A DNA stretch of 42,555 nt from an uncultured Clostridia bacterium (GTDB taxonomy: Bacteria > Aerophobota > Aerophobia > Aerophobales > B3-G15), in the NCBI GenBank assembly GCA_964422215.1, contig CAYRAK010000001.1, positions 1 to 42,555 of the forward strand, read 5' to 3'. Each line of letters starts with the position of its first letter. Positions within the stretch are counted from its first letter, which is position 1. Positions 35,432 through 42,555 of the stretch are shown in pieces. The position numbers were made by a program, and so were the translations under genes. The notes below the pieces were generated by a model. The model saw only the letters and a program-made list of their open reading frames with translations, did not search any database and had not been told where the DNA came from.

Positions 35432-36298
35432 TTATTCAATATTGTAAATTTGCTCTCGAATTTTTTCTATATTATCCTTTATATCTACGACTTTCTCTGA
35501 AATTTCCGCAGAAAGGGATTTTGCTCCAATAGTGTTTATTTCCCTTTGCATTTCTTGAAGAATAAACTTTAGTTTCTTGCCTATGGATTCTTTCTGTTGT
35601 AATACTTGATTAAATTGAGCAAGATGATAGTTAAAACGAACTATCTCCTCCTCTATGTTACCTTTATCTACTATAGAGGCAATTTGACCGGAAATTAAAG
35701 GGAATTTTTCCTGAGGTAAAATTTTTTCTAGTTCTTTTTTTATTTTTTCCCTGTACTGTTTTTGTGCTAATGGTGCTTTCTCTTGGATAAAATCAATGTA
35801 ACTTCTAATTTTTTTAATGAGTGTGAGTATACTTTCAAGATGCTTTTTTCCTTCCTTCTCTCTTGCCTCAATTACCTGTTTAAGTACTTCCTCAACCCCC
35901 TGTTCAACAACATTCTTTATTATTTGCTGTTCCTTTTTCTCAACTTGAAGTACATCGGGCATATTTAGAAAATAGGAAAGCTGAATTTTATGCTCCAGAT
36001 TTAGCTCTTCTACGAGCTTCTTAAATGCCTTAAGATACGATTTTGCAAGCTCCAAATTTGGTTTTATGCAGATAGAGTCAGCGTTTTTTCTTTTTATATC
36101 GAGGTTAACCAGAACTTTACCTCGAGAAATCTTCTCCTTTATTTTGTCTTCTATTTTTCTCTCTAGTTCCCAGGGAATATCTTCGGAAGAAGAGATATCT
36201 ATCTCAAAAAAACGGTGGTTAAAAGTTTTTATCTGGATAAAAACTTCAAGTCCATCCTGTATAATTAATTTATCTCCATAACCGGTCATACTTCTCAT
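35432..36298 (-). CDS. yicC: YicC/YloC-family protein (stress-induced endoribonuclease family)
   Basis: MRSMTGYG N-terminus, C-terminal LQEMQREINTIGAK motif, 288 aa, upstream of gmk as in many bacteria. Confidence 0.9.
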   Translation of the reverse strand: MRSMTGYGDKLIIQDGLEVFIQIKTFNHRFFEIDISSSEDIPWELERKIEDKIKEKISRGKVLVNLDIKRKNADSICIKPNLELAKSYLKAFKKLVEELNLEHKIQLSYFLNMPDVLQVEKKEQQIIKNVVEQGVEEVLKQVIEAREKEGKKHLESILTLIKKIRSYIDFIQEKAPLAQKQYREKIKKELEKILPQEKFPLISGQIASIVDKGNIEEEIVRFNYHLAQFNQVLQQKESIGKKLKFILQEMQREINTIGAKSLSAEISEKVVDIKDNIEKIREQIYNIE

Positions 36299-36683
36299 TG
36301 TTAGTTTTCCTTACAGTCCTTATCCTCTTAAATAAAAAGCAGGAAAGCACTCTCTGGTTGCGAAATCTTGACTTGATTTAAAGAGGTGTGGATAAAAACT
36401 CATAATTTATCTTATGCATATGGATGATGTTTATTATAATTCCAGAGGAACTTACTGTCAACCAATTACCACTTGAGCTTGGGACAGTTCTACGTTTGTA
36501 CAGCTTTTGGGGGCTTTGAGTATCCCTAAACATCTCTTTGGTGCAAAGAAAACTTAAGCCTAGTAGAAGTTATAGCATAGCCAAAAAGCTGGAGGCTGAT
36601 GCGGATAGATGATAGAAGCCGTCTTTCGTGGGATATCCGAAGCCCTAATAAAAAGGTAGAAAAAGCATCCCAACAACCTTAGA

Positions 36684-37193
36684 TTACCACGTATTATAAT
36701 GGATACGTGATTCGTCGTATCTATTAGAGGGAGGTTTTTGTTCAGCTGGGTAGCCAATAGAAATTAAAGAAAAAGGTATAACCTGTTCCGGAATATTAAG
36801 AAGCTTCCGCATTCCTTTAACGCGTTCCTCTCGAGGATAAATACCTAACCAAACTGCTCCCAATCCTTTTGCATGAGCCGCAAGTAAAATATTTTGTGTA
36901 GCTGCTGAGCAGTCTTGAATCCAGTAGCCTCTGTGCGTCTCTCGCTTTAAATCTCCACAAACAAGAATTGCCACAGGAGCTTGTGTTAACATTTGAGCAT
37001 AAGGATGAAATTTAGGAATTTCATCTAAAATTGTACGGTCATTTATTACTACAAACTGCCAGGGTTGCTGATTACCTGCAGAAGGTGCACTCATGGCAGC
37101 CTTTAATAGATCCTTTATAAGCTCTTCAGGAATCTCCTTTGAAGTATACCTACGAATACTCCTTCTTGAAAGAATAGCCTTCATAGCTTCCAC
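36684..37193 (-). CDS. Nitroreductase-family flavoprotein
   Basis: RRSIRRY, SAPSAGNQQPW and GAVWLG motifs, about 170 aa. Confidence 0.85.
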   Translation of the reverse strand: MEAMKAILSRRSIRRYTSKEIPEELIKDLLKAAMSAPSAGNQQPWQFVVINDRTILDEIPKFHPYAQMLTQAPVAILVCGDLKRETHRGYWIQDCSAATQNILLAAHAKGLGAVWLGIYPREERVKGMRKLLNIPEQVIPFSLISIGYPAEQKPPSNRYDESRIHYNTW

Positions 37194-37215
37194 TTGTTCT
37201 CTCCTTTTGTAATTT

Positions 37216-37265
37216 ATACTTTAAAGTATGTTGTTTGATTTTATCTATTTTGCCAGTTTTGTCAA
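37216..37265 (-). promoter_or_regulatory. Putative nitroreductase promoter (TTGACA-16-TAAAAT on the minus strand) with a 14-bp perfect palindrome at the predicted transcript start
   Basis: tgtcaa at 37260..37265, atttta at 37238..37243, and ATACTTTAAAGTAT at 37216..37229. Confidence 0.35.
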
Positions 37266-37382
37266 AGTTTATAAAAAAGTTTAGGGGAAGAAGCTTTTAA
37301 CAACTTTTTGGGAATTTTTTAGCCATTTTCTGTTGATACTCACTTCAAATCCCTTATATATAGTATCTAATCTATAAATAAG

Positions 37383-39017
37383 TTAACCAAAAATCCAGAG
37401 AAAAAGAGTGAAAAATAAAAATCCTGCTATAAAAAGTAAAAGAGCATTATTGAGGCCGCATCTTATATTTCTTATAAATTTAAGAACTTTTTCCCCTTTT
37501 GAACTTGTAATTAGAAAGTAAAGGAAGAGGCCTAAACTAAAGATAAATATGCTTTGTCCTAATCCAGAAAGGGAATAAATCTGCAAGTTAAAGCTTATCC
37601 TCTCTTTTAAAAGGAGTCTTGAGAGTACTTCTGTTCCAGTGACGGGAAATATTCCTGTAAAAAGGCAAAGCAGGGAGAGAATAATAAGGGGCGCTAACAT
37701 TTTTTTCGGTATTATTTTTTTATTAACTTTCTTTTCTCCTCTTCGGAAAATTTGCGAAAGCTTTATAAAGGAGGCTACTGTACCCACATTAGCTGCAAAA
37801 ATGAGATAGTATAAGATAGGATATCTTTTAAAAGAAAAAAAGATAAGTCTTTTGCTAACATAACCATTAAAAGGAGCTATACCACAGATAGAAAGGGCAC
37901 CTACTAAAAAACTTATTTTCACAAGAAACATTTTTTCTCCATGGATACTGATTTTATTAATTTCTCTTTTCCCTGTAGTGTAAATTGCTGTACCTATTGT
38001 TAAGAATAAAAGACTTTTAAAAAGAGAATGATTTAATATATGGTATAAAGAAGCGACAAGGGATACAGACGTTGCGACTCCAAAGCTTGCTATTATAAAT
38101 CCCATCTGAGAGATTGAGGAATAGGCAAGAAGCTTCTTTGTATCGTCTTGAGCTATAGCCCAGATAATTCCTAAAAAAGCAGTAAATACTCCAATCCACA
38201 TAAAAAGTATTTGAAGGGTTAAAAATGGTATAAAATCTAATATGCGCCATACTGCAAGGAAGGATACTTTAATCATTACTCCAGAGAGAGTTGCAGAAAC
38301 AGGATGAGGTGCAAAGGCATGAGCATCAGGTAGCCAGGTATGAAAGGGAATAAACGCTGCTTTAACTCCTATTCCTGCTATAAGAGATATAAGGGAAAGG
38401 GAAAAAAGAGGAGAGTTTTTCTCAATTTGGGTTTTAAGATGAGATATCTCTCTTAAAGAAAGGATACCCGTTTGCTGGTATAAAAGGGCAATTCCCAAAA
38501 GATAAAATCCAATTCCTAGGCTACTTATAAGAAGATAGTTAAAGCTTGCTATTATGGATTTTTCCTTCTGAGGATAGGCTATTAAAATATAAGATGCGAT
38601 GGAGAGTATTTCAAAAAAGACAAACATATTAAATAGGTCTCCGGTAAGTATAACTCCCTGCATTCCCCCAAGAAGGATCAAAAAGAAAAAATAAAATTTG
38701 TATTCATATTTTTCCTCCCCCATAGCAAAAAGGAAAGCTAAAAGGGTGATAAGCAGTCCTATAAGAGAGCTGATCCAGGCAAGACCATCTATATAAAGGC
38801 AAATTCCTATAGGCTCACGCCAACCTCCCACTGAATAACTAATGGTGCTTCCTTTAAAAACAGGAGGAAAAATAAACGCTAGTAAAATTAGACAGGTGCA
38901 AAGTGCTCCTACAACAATTACCTGAACCTGTTGCTTTGAGAGAAAATATTTTCCTAAAAGGGATATAAAAGAGGCTAGGAAGGGTATGAGGATAAGGAGA
39001 ATAATCAAATTTTCCAT
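37383..39017 (-). CDS. mrpD: Mrp/Mnh antiporter subunit D-like (NuoN/NuoL-type proton-conducting subunit; MbhH-like)
   Basis: 544-aa polytopic protein with antiporter-like motifs (WLPDAHAFAPHPVSA, LLAYSSISQMG). Confidence 0.85.
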   Translation of the reverse strand: MENLIILLILIPFLASFISLLGKYFLSKQQVQVIVVGALCTCLILLAFIFPPVFKGSTISYSVGGWREPIGICLYIDGLAWISSLIGLLITLLAFLFAMGEEKYEYKFYFFFLILLGGMQGVILTGDLFNMFVFFEILSIASYILIAYPQKEKSIIASFNYLLISSLGIGFYLLGIALLYQQTGILSLREISHLKTQIEKNSPLFSLSLISLIAGIGVKAAFIPFHTWLPDAHAFAPHPVSATLSGVMIKVSFLAVWRILDFIPFLTLQILFMWIGVFTAFLGIIWAIAQDDTKKLLAYSSISQMGFIIASFGVATSVSLVASLYHILNHSLFKSLLFLTIGTAIYTTGKREINKISIHGEKMFLVKISFLVGALSICGIAPFNGYVSKRLIFFSFKRYPILYYLIFAANVGTVASFIKLSQIFRRGEKKVNKKIIPKKMLAPLIILSLLCLFTGIFPVTGTEVLSRLLLKERISFNLQIYSLSGLGQSIFIFSLGLFLYFLITSSKGEKVLKFIRNIRCGLNNALLLFIAGFLFFTLFLWIFG

Positions 39018-39355
39018 TCTTCTTTTTTTATTAAATTTTCTATTTGAGAGATACTCAAAGTTTTATATTGACGGTAAATTCTTAAAATTAAGGAAAGAGC
39101 AAGAGCTGTTAGACACACTCCAATAACTATTGCTGTTAAAACTAGCGCTTGGGGTAGGGGATCCACAGGGACACCTTTTATCTCCTTTTCCATAATAGGA
39201 GCAGTTGATCCAGTTAGAGAACCGAGGTAGACAAATAAAATTACAATAGAGCTATTAAATATATTAAGAGCGATAACTTTTTTAATGAGGTTGTCTTTTT
39301 TTATCATTCCCCATATTCCCAGAATAAAAAGAATCACAATCAGGTAAAAAATCAT
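39005..39355 (-). CDS. mrpC: Mrp/Mnh antiporter subunit C (NuoK-like; MbhG-like)
   Basis: VDPLPQALVLTAIVIG motif, 116 aa, 3 TM. Confidence 0.8.
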   Translation of the reverse strand: MIFYLIVILFILGIWGMIKKDNLIKKVIALNIFNSSIVILFVYLGSLTGSTAPIMEKEIKGVPVDPLPQALVLTAIVIGVCLTALALSLILRIYRQYKTLSISQIENLIKKEEWKI

Positions 39356-39416
39356 GATAACTCTTTATAGTTAAATTTTTTCTAAAATAATTATGTTGGA
39401 AGATTCATTTAAAATC

Positions 39417-39830
39417 TTATTCACCAAAGAGATAAAAGCATATAAGAGTTATGCCTATTCCTACTTTAAGGCCTATAATGATATTAAGAAAGAAGATAAA
39501 CTGAGCACTAGGAACCTCTCCTGCTTTTCCAAGAGGAAGAAAATTTTCTAGAAAATGCTCACCTGCTACGATTCCTCCAATTCCTATTAAAAGAAAAAGA
39601 AAAAACATCCAGATTTCAGCAAAACCTAAGTTTTTCTCCGGAAAAATTGTTTGAGTTAACCTGACTCCTCTTGTAAGACAAAGAAGGATAACCCCTGAGG
39701 CCAGTACAACTCCTCCTTGAAAACCCCCTCCGGGAGATAGGTGTCCGTAAGATATAAGATAAAGACCAAAAAGAAGGATATAGGGAGTAAGTTTTCTTGA
39801 AACCATATGGACTATTTCTGATTCTTTCAT
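39417..39830 (-). CDS. mrpB: Mrp/Mnh antiporter subunit B domain protein (MbhF-like)
   Basis: GHLSPGGGFQGG motif, 137 aa, 4 TM. Confidence 0.8.
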   Translation of the reverse strand: MKESEIVHMVSRKLTPYILLFGLYLISYGHLSPGGGFQGGVVLASGVILLCLTRGVRLTQTIFPEKNLGFAEIWMFFLFLLIGIGGIVAGEHFLENFLPLGKAGEVPSAQFIFFLNIIIGLKVGIGITLICFYLFGE

Positions 39831-40078
39831 TTTCTTTTCTTCAAAATTACAATAATTCCTGAGACGGATAAAAGTAATACTATTGTCTCACCTAAAGTGT
39901 CAAACACCCTGTAACCTAAGTATATTGAAGATACAAGATTTATAGCTCCTGTCTGTTCCACTCCGCTACTTATAAAGTAATCTCTTAAAAGCTTAGGAGG
40001 AACTAGGGTAGGATCAATTGCTTGAAAAAGAACAATCCCTAAGATTATAAAGATGAGTATCTCACCGATTTGTCTCAT
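39827..40078 (-). CDS. Small Mrp membrane subunit, MbhE-like (N-terminal MnhB-type segment)
   Basis: INLVSSIYLGYRVFDTLGETIVLL resembles the YRG.DTLGE motif. It overlaps both neighbours by 4 nt. Confidence 0.6.
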   Translation of the reverse strand: MRQIGEILIFIILGIVLFQAIDPTLVPPKLLRDYFISSGVEQTGAINLVSSIYLGYRVFDTLGETIVLLLSVSGIIVILKKRK

Positions 40079-40305
40079 TTTTCCATCCTTTCTGTTTTCC
40101 CTATAACTAACACAAAGAGTACTGTTGCTACACCTGCTCCTACTGCAGCCTCAGCAATGGCAACGTCAGGGGCATGTAAATAGTAAAAAAGCAAAGAAGA
40201 AAGAAGGGAAAAAACTGCAAGACAGATGACTGCAGTTAGAAGATCTTTGAATTGAAGAGAGAAAATGCTAAAGATTACAAGTAGTATAAGAATTATTTGA
40301 GCCAT
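40075..40305 (-). CDS. DUF4040-type small Mrp membrane subunit (MbhD-like / MrpA C-terminal-like)
   Basis: LHAPDVAIAEAAVGAGVATVLF motif, 76 aa. Confidence 0.65.
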   Translation of the reverse strand: MAQIILILLVIFSIFSLQFKDLLTAVICLAVFSLLSSLLFYYLHAPDVAIAEAAVGAGVATVLFVLVIGKTERMEK

Positions 40306-40317
40306 AATAAAACCTTT

Positions 40318-40614
40318 TTATCTTTTTTTTCTCCAGGGAGTAATTCCTTCCTCCCAAGCTCTTCTTCCTATAATATGGGAAGCAACAGGACTACTTATAA
40401 GGAAAAATAAGGTAATAACTAAGATTCTACCAGTCATTGGAGTAAAGCCTTTAAGAATCATGAAAGCTATAAGGATAGAAAGAAGAGAAGTAATGCCACA
40501 TTTAGAAGATGCTTGAAGACGTGTATAAACATCTGGAAATCGGAGCACACCTATATTACCTAAAACGCCAAAGAATATCCCTAACCCAAGGAAAAAGTAA
40601 ACAGCTACAATCAT
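40318..40614 (-). CDS. mrpG: Mrp/Mnh antiporter subunit G
   Basis: GVLRFPDVYTRLQASSK and PVASHIIGRRA motifs. Confidence 0.75.
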   Translation of the reverse strand: MIVAVYFFLGLGIFFGVLGNIGVLRFPDVYTRLQASSKCGITSLLSILIAFMILKGFTPMTGRILVITLFFLISSPVASHIIGRRAWEEGITPWRKKR

Positions 40615-40658
40615 TCCTCCCTCACATTTCCTGATAAATAAACTTAAAAGGTTTGTTG

Positions 40659-40937
40659 CTAGCTTTTACCTCCCAGATATCTGGCAATGGCAAGGATACT
40701 TATAAATCCAAGTATAGCATAAACGAGAGCTACATCTAAATATATGGAACGATCAAATTTTATTGCTACTGCTACAAGAATTCCTACCACTTGGGCTACA
40801 ACAAGATTTAATCCAATTAATCTATCCTCTGTTGTTGGTCCCACAATTATTCTGATCATACTTATAGTGGATATTCCTACGAGAGCGAAAATAACAAAGC
40901 TAACAACAAAATCTACATCCATATTCTCTTTAACCAT
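40659..40937 (-). CDS. mrpF: Mrp/Mnh antiporter subunit F (the start may be the internal ATG at 40922)
   Basis: IVGPTTEDRLIGLN and YLDVALVYAILGFISILAIARYL motifs. Confidence 0.75.
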   Translation of the reverse strand: MVKENMDVDFVVSFVIFALVGISTISMIRIIVGPTTEDRLIGLNLVVAQVVGILVAVAIKFDRSIYLDVALVYAILGFISILAIARYLGGKS

Positions 40938-41425
40938 GTCTCAAAATGCCCCTTAATTAACCTTCCTGCATAGTGGGAGTGAGTAGTTGAAGCGTTTAAC
41001 CAATGAACAACAAGATGGTCTTCATCTAAATCAAGAGTTAAAGTGCCTGGAGTAAGTGTAATGGAGTTAGCTAAGACAACCCTTGCCAATTCTGATTTTA
41101 GTCGGGTACGAAAGTGGACTATACGAGGGTTTATATCTCCGGAAATTATGGTAAAAGCCATCTTAAAGCTAGCAAGGTAAATTTTAAATATTAAAACTCC
41201 AAAGTATATAAAAAGAAAATATACTTGAGGAAGAAGAGCTCGGCGAGCCACCTCTTTTTCTTCTATGAAAATACTGTAAGTAAAAAGAGCAACAGAGAAA
41301 GAGAATATGGTGCCAAGAAAAAGAGAAAAAAGAGCAAAGGTACCGGTAAACAAAATCCAACCTATTATAAGATAACAGGTGGTTAAAATTATTCTTACAA
41401 TTTTCCACTTTAAAAAAACATCCAT
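40913..41425 (-). CDS. mrpE: Mrp/Mnh antiporter subunit E
   Basis: LANSITLTPGTLTLD...LVVHWL motif. Confidence 0.75.
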   Translation of the reverse strand: MDVFLKWKIVRIILTTCYLIIGWILFTGTFALFSLFLGTIFSFSVALFTYSIFIEEKEVARRALLPQVYFLFIYFGVLIFKIYLASFKMAFTIISGDINPRIVHFRTRLKSELARVVLANSITLTPGTLTLDLDEDHLVVHWLNASTTHSHYAGRLIKGHFETWLKRIWM

Positions 41426-41428
41426 AAT

Positions 41429-41896
41429 TTAGCCTTCTCTTTTTTCTTGTTGTTGAAAAACTTTAAGTATTAACTCTTCTTTTTCAGCCTCAAGAAGGAC
41501 TTTTTTAAATCGAGTGTTGTGAAGAAAGCGAGATAATTTGCAAAGTATTTTCAAATGAAGACTTGCATCTTGTTTCGGCCCAACCAGCAAGAAGATAAGA
41601 TGTACGGGTTGTTCATCAATTGCATCAAATTTAACCCCTTGTTTTTTTCTCCCAAAAGCCATTACAGTTTTATTTACCTTATCTGTCATAACATGAGGTA
41701 TAGCGATTCCTCCTCCTATTCCTGTTGTTCCTATTTTCTCTCTTTCAATGAGGCTTTGTTGCAATTCTTCAGGGTCTTTTATCTTACCTGCTTGAAAAAG
41801 AAGCTCTACCATCTCATAAATAACCTCTTTTTTTCTTTTGGCATTAAGCTCCAATTTAATACATTTGGGATCAAGTATCTCAGATAACTTTATCAT
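41429..41896 (-). CDS. PTS EIIA type-2 domain protein (PtsN/EIIA-Ntr-like regulator)
   Basis: GTTGIGGGIAIPH phosphorylatable-His motif and LIFLLVGP, 155 aa, with no other PTS components nearby. Confidence 0.85.
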   Translation of the reverse strand: MIKLSEILDPKCIKLELNAKRKKEVIYEMVELLFQAGKIKDPEELQQSLIEREKIGTTGIGGGIAIPHVMTDKVNKTVMAFGRKKQGVKFDAIDEQPVHLIFLLVGPKQDASLHLKILCKLSRFLHNTRFKKVLLEAEKEELILKVFQQQEKREG

Positions 41897-41898
41897 AT

Positions 41899-42240
41899 TT
41901 ATTTTTCCTCCTTTATAATGCCCTTAACATAATCTACAGGAATGGTAAAAAGAATTCCAGTTCCAGGTTCTGACAGATTTCCACATATTTTTTCTATAAG
42001 CTTTTCTACCTTTTTTATTTTCTCTTCTTTATCTACCACAGAAAATATTGTCTTATTGTAAGGTTTGTTGCCTTTCATAAATTCTCTAAAATCGGCAAAA
42101 AGGGGAACTTCGTAGGTTAAAAACCTTCCCATTCCTTCAGAATCCAGGATTGTTGCTCCAGGAATTCCTGCCTCTATAAAAGCTTCTAAAATTTCCTCCA
42201 AAAGTTCCTCTTTGTTTAGCACAAAAACAAGCAGTTTCAT
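41899..42240 (-). CDS. PII-like signal-transduction protein (GlnB-fold)
   Basis: 113 aa. MKLLVFVLNKEELLEEILEAFIEAGIPGATILDSEGMG parallels the GlnB MKKIEAII...VEAGIGGMTVTEVKGFG, with a T-loop-sized insert after it. Confidence 0.55.
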   Translation of the reverse strand: MKLLVFVLNKEELLEEILEAFIEAGIPGATILDSEGMGRFLTYEVPLFADFREFMKGNKPYNKTIFSVVDKEEKIKKVEKLIEKICGNLSEPGTGILFTIPVDYVKGIIKEEK

Positions 42241-42248
42241 CGCTTTTT

Positions 42249-42286
42249 AATATACCTTGCATTCAGACTAAAGTCAAACTTTGACT
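42249..42286 (-). promoter_or_regulatory. Putative promoter of the PII-EIIA-mrp operon (TTGACT-17-TATATT on the minus strand), overlapped by a 15-bp palindrome
   Basis: agtcaa at 42272..42277, aatata at 42249..42254, and the palindrome AGTCAAACTTTGACT at 42272..42286. The -10 ends 8 nt before the ATG. Confidence 0.35.
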
Positions 42287-42352
42287 TGCCGAAATCGGGA
42301 AGTTTTAAGAAAGAAATGAAAAAATATTGTAATGTTTTAGACTCTGTTTTTC

Positions 42353-42380
42353 TTGACAAAGAGGCTAAAATATTTATTAT
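42353..42380 (+). promoter_or_regulatory. Putative promoter for the rightmost partial gene (TTGACA-16-TATTAT)
   Basis: TTGACA at 42353..42358 and TATTAT at 42375..42380. Confidence 0.4.
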
Positions 42381-42428
42381 ACCTTCCTACAAAGGCAGGA
42401 TAAGATAAACTTGATGAGGAGATTAAAA

Positions 42429-42555
42429 ATGGTAAGAGAACTTCTTGTAATACCCGAGTTTACCCCGGGATTTATTGAGCTAAAGAGCAAAATTCCTAAA
42501 TTCCAGTATCAAAAATCATTAAAAGAGGAACTTGAGGAAAAAAATCTAACAGAAA
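42429..42555 (+). CDS. Hypothetical protein, N-terminal fragment running off the window
   Basis: ATG preceded by GAGGAG at 7 nt. Translation MVRELLVIPEFTPGFIELKSKIPKFQYQKSLKEELEEKNLTE stays open to the window end. Family not recognisable from 42 aa. Confidence 0.4.
   Translation, partial: MVRELLVIPEFTPGFIELKSKIPKFQYQKSLKEELEEKNLTE

Noticed and set aside
36387-36395. Isolated consensus DnaA box as a second origin
   Set aside because: It is a single box with no neighbouring boxes or AT-rich unwinding tract. One 9-mer occurrence is compatible with chance or with simple transcriptional titration.
36299-36683. RNase P RNA, tmRNA or SRP RNA in the 385-bp gap
   Set aside because: I looked on both strands for the hallmark strings: GAGGAAAGUCC and ACAGAA.CCGGCUUA for RNase P, the tRNA-like UUCGA...CCACCA ends for tmRNA, and GGAAGCAGCC for SRP domain IV. 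None was found.
36688-36709. Inverted repeat CACGTAT-N8-ATACGTG resembling a regulatory or parS-like site
   Set aside because: It lies inside the 3' end of the nitroreductase coding sequence, does not match the parS consensus, and has no T-tract that would make it a terminator.
1-42555. CRISPR arrays, tRNA/rRNA genes, transposases, integrases, prophage or recognisable defence systems
   Set aside because: No regularly spaced direct repeats, no cloverleaf-like or rRNA-like conserved segments in the intergenic regions, and no ORF with recombinase, nuclease or defence-type motifs were seen. The window reads as core chromosome around oriC.

Overview
An AT-rich, densely packed chromosomal window. 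The K/E/I-rich proteins suggest a thermophile, and the gene content suggests an anaerobic, LPS-containing bacterium. The window spans the replication origin: dnaA (29969..31318) has consensus DnaA boxes on both sides. I saw no rRNA, tRNA, CRISPR array, transposase, integrase or obvious defence genes, so most of the window is ordinary core metabolism and transport. Recognisable genes include lipA, tkt, a small ferredoxin, glycerate kinase, oppD/oppF-type ATPases, a liv-type ABC transporter with a PaaK-like ligase, galU, nadE, a HIT protein, lpxI, trxA, a RACo-type corrinoid activator and yicC-gmk-rpoZ. Four gene neighbourhoods deserve a second look. (1) A Tat-less, anchor-less [NiFe]-hydrogenase small/large pair runs without a visible terminator into metV-metF, with a divergent ferredoxin. 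This is a candidate H2-linked methylene-THF reductase module. (2) A ten-gene operon starts with a PII-like protein and an EIIA(Ntr)-like protein and continues into an MrpA-less, Mbh-ordered Mrp antiporter module with no redox module. (3) A B12-binding radical SAM gene is coupled to a PHP-phosphoesterase fused to only the N-terminal half of a GT4 glycosyltransferase. (4) A ClpP-fold protease with a signal peptide is paired with an unknown 129-aa protein. There is also an unexplained 385-bp non-coding stretch at 36299..36683. All calls rest on motif recognition in the supplied ORF translations and on reading the DNA by eye. No database search or RNA folding was run. Group and family assignments are therefore provisional, and the functional links between neighbouring genes are inferences.
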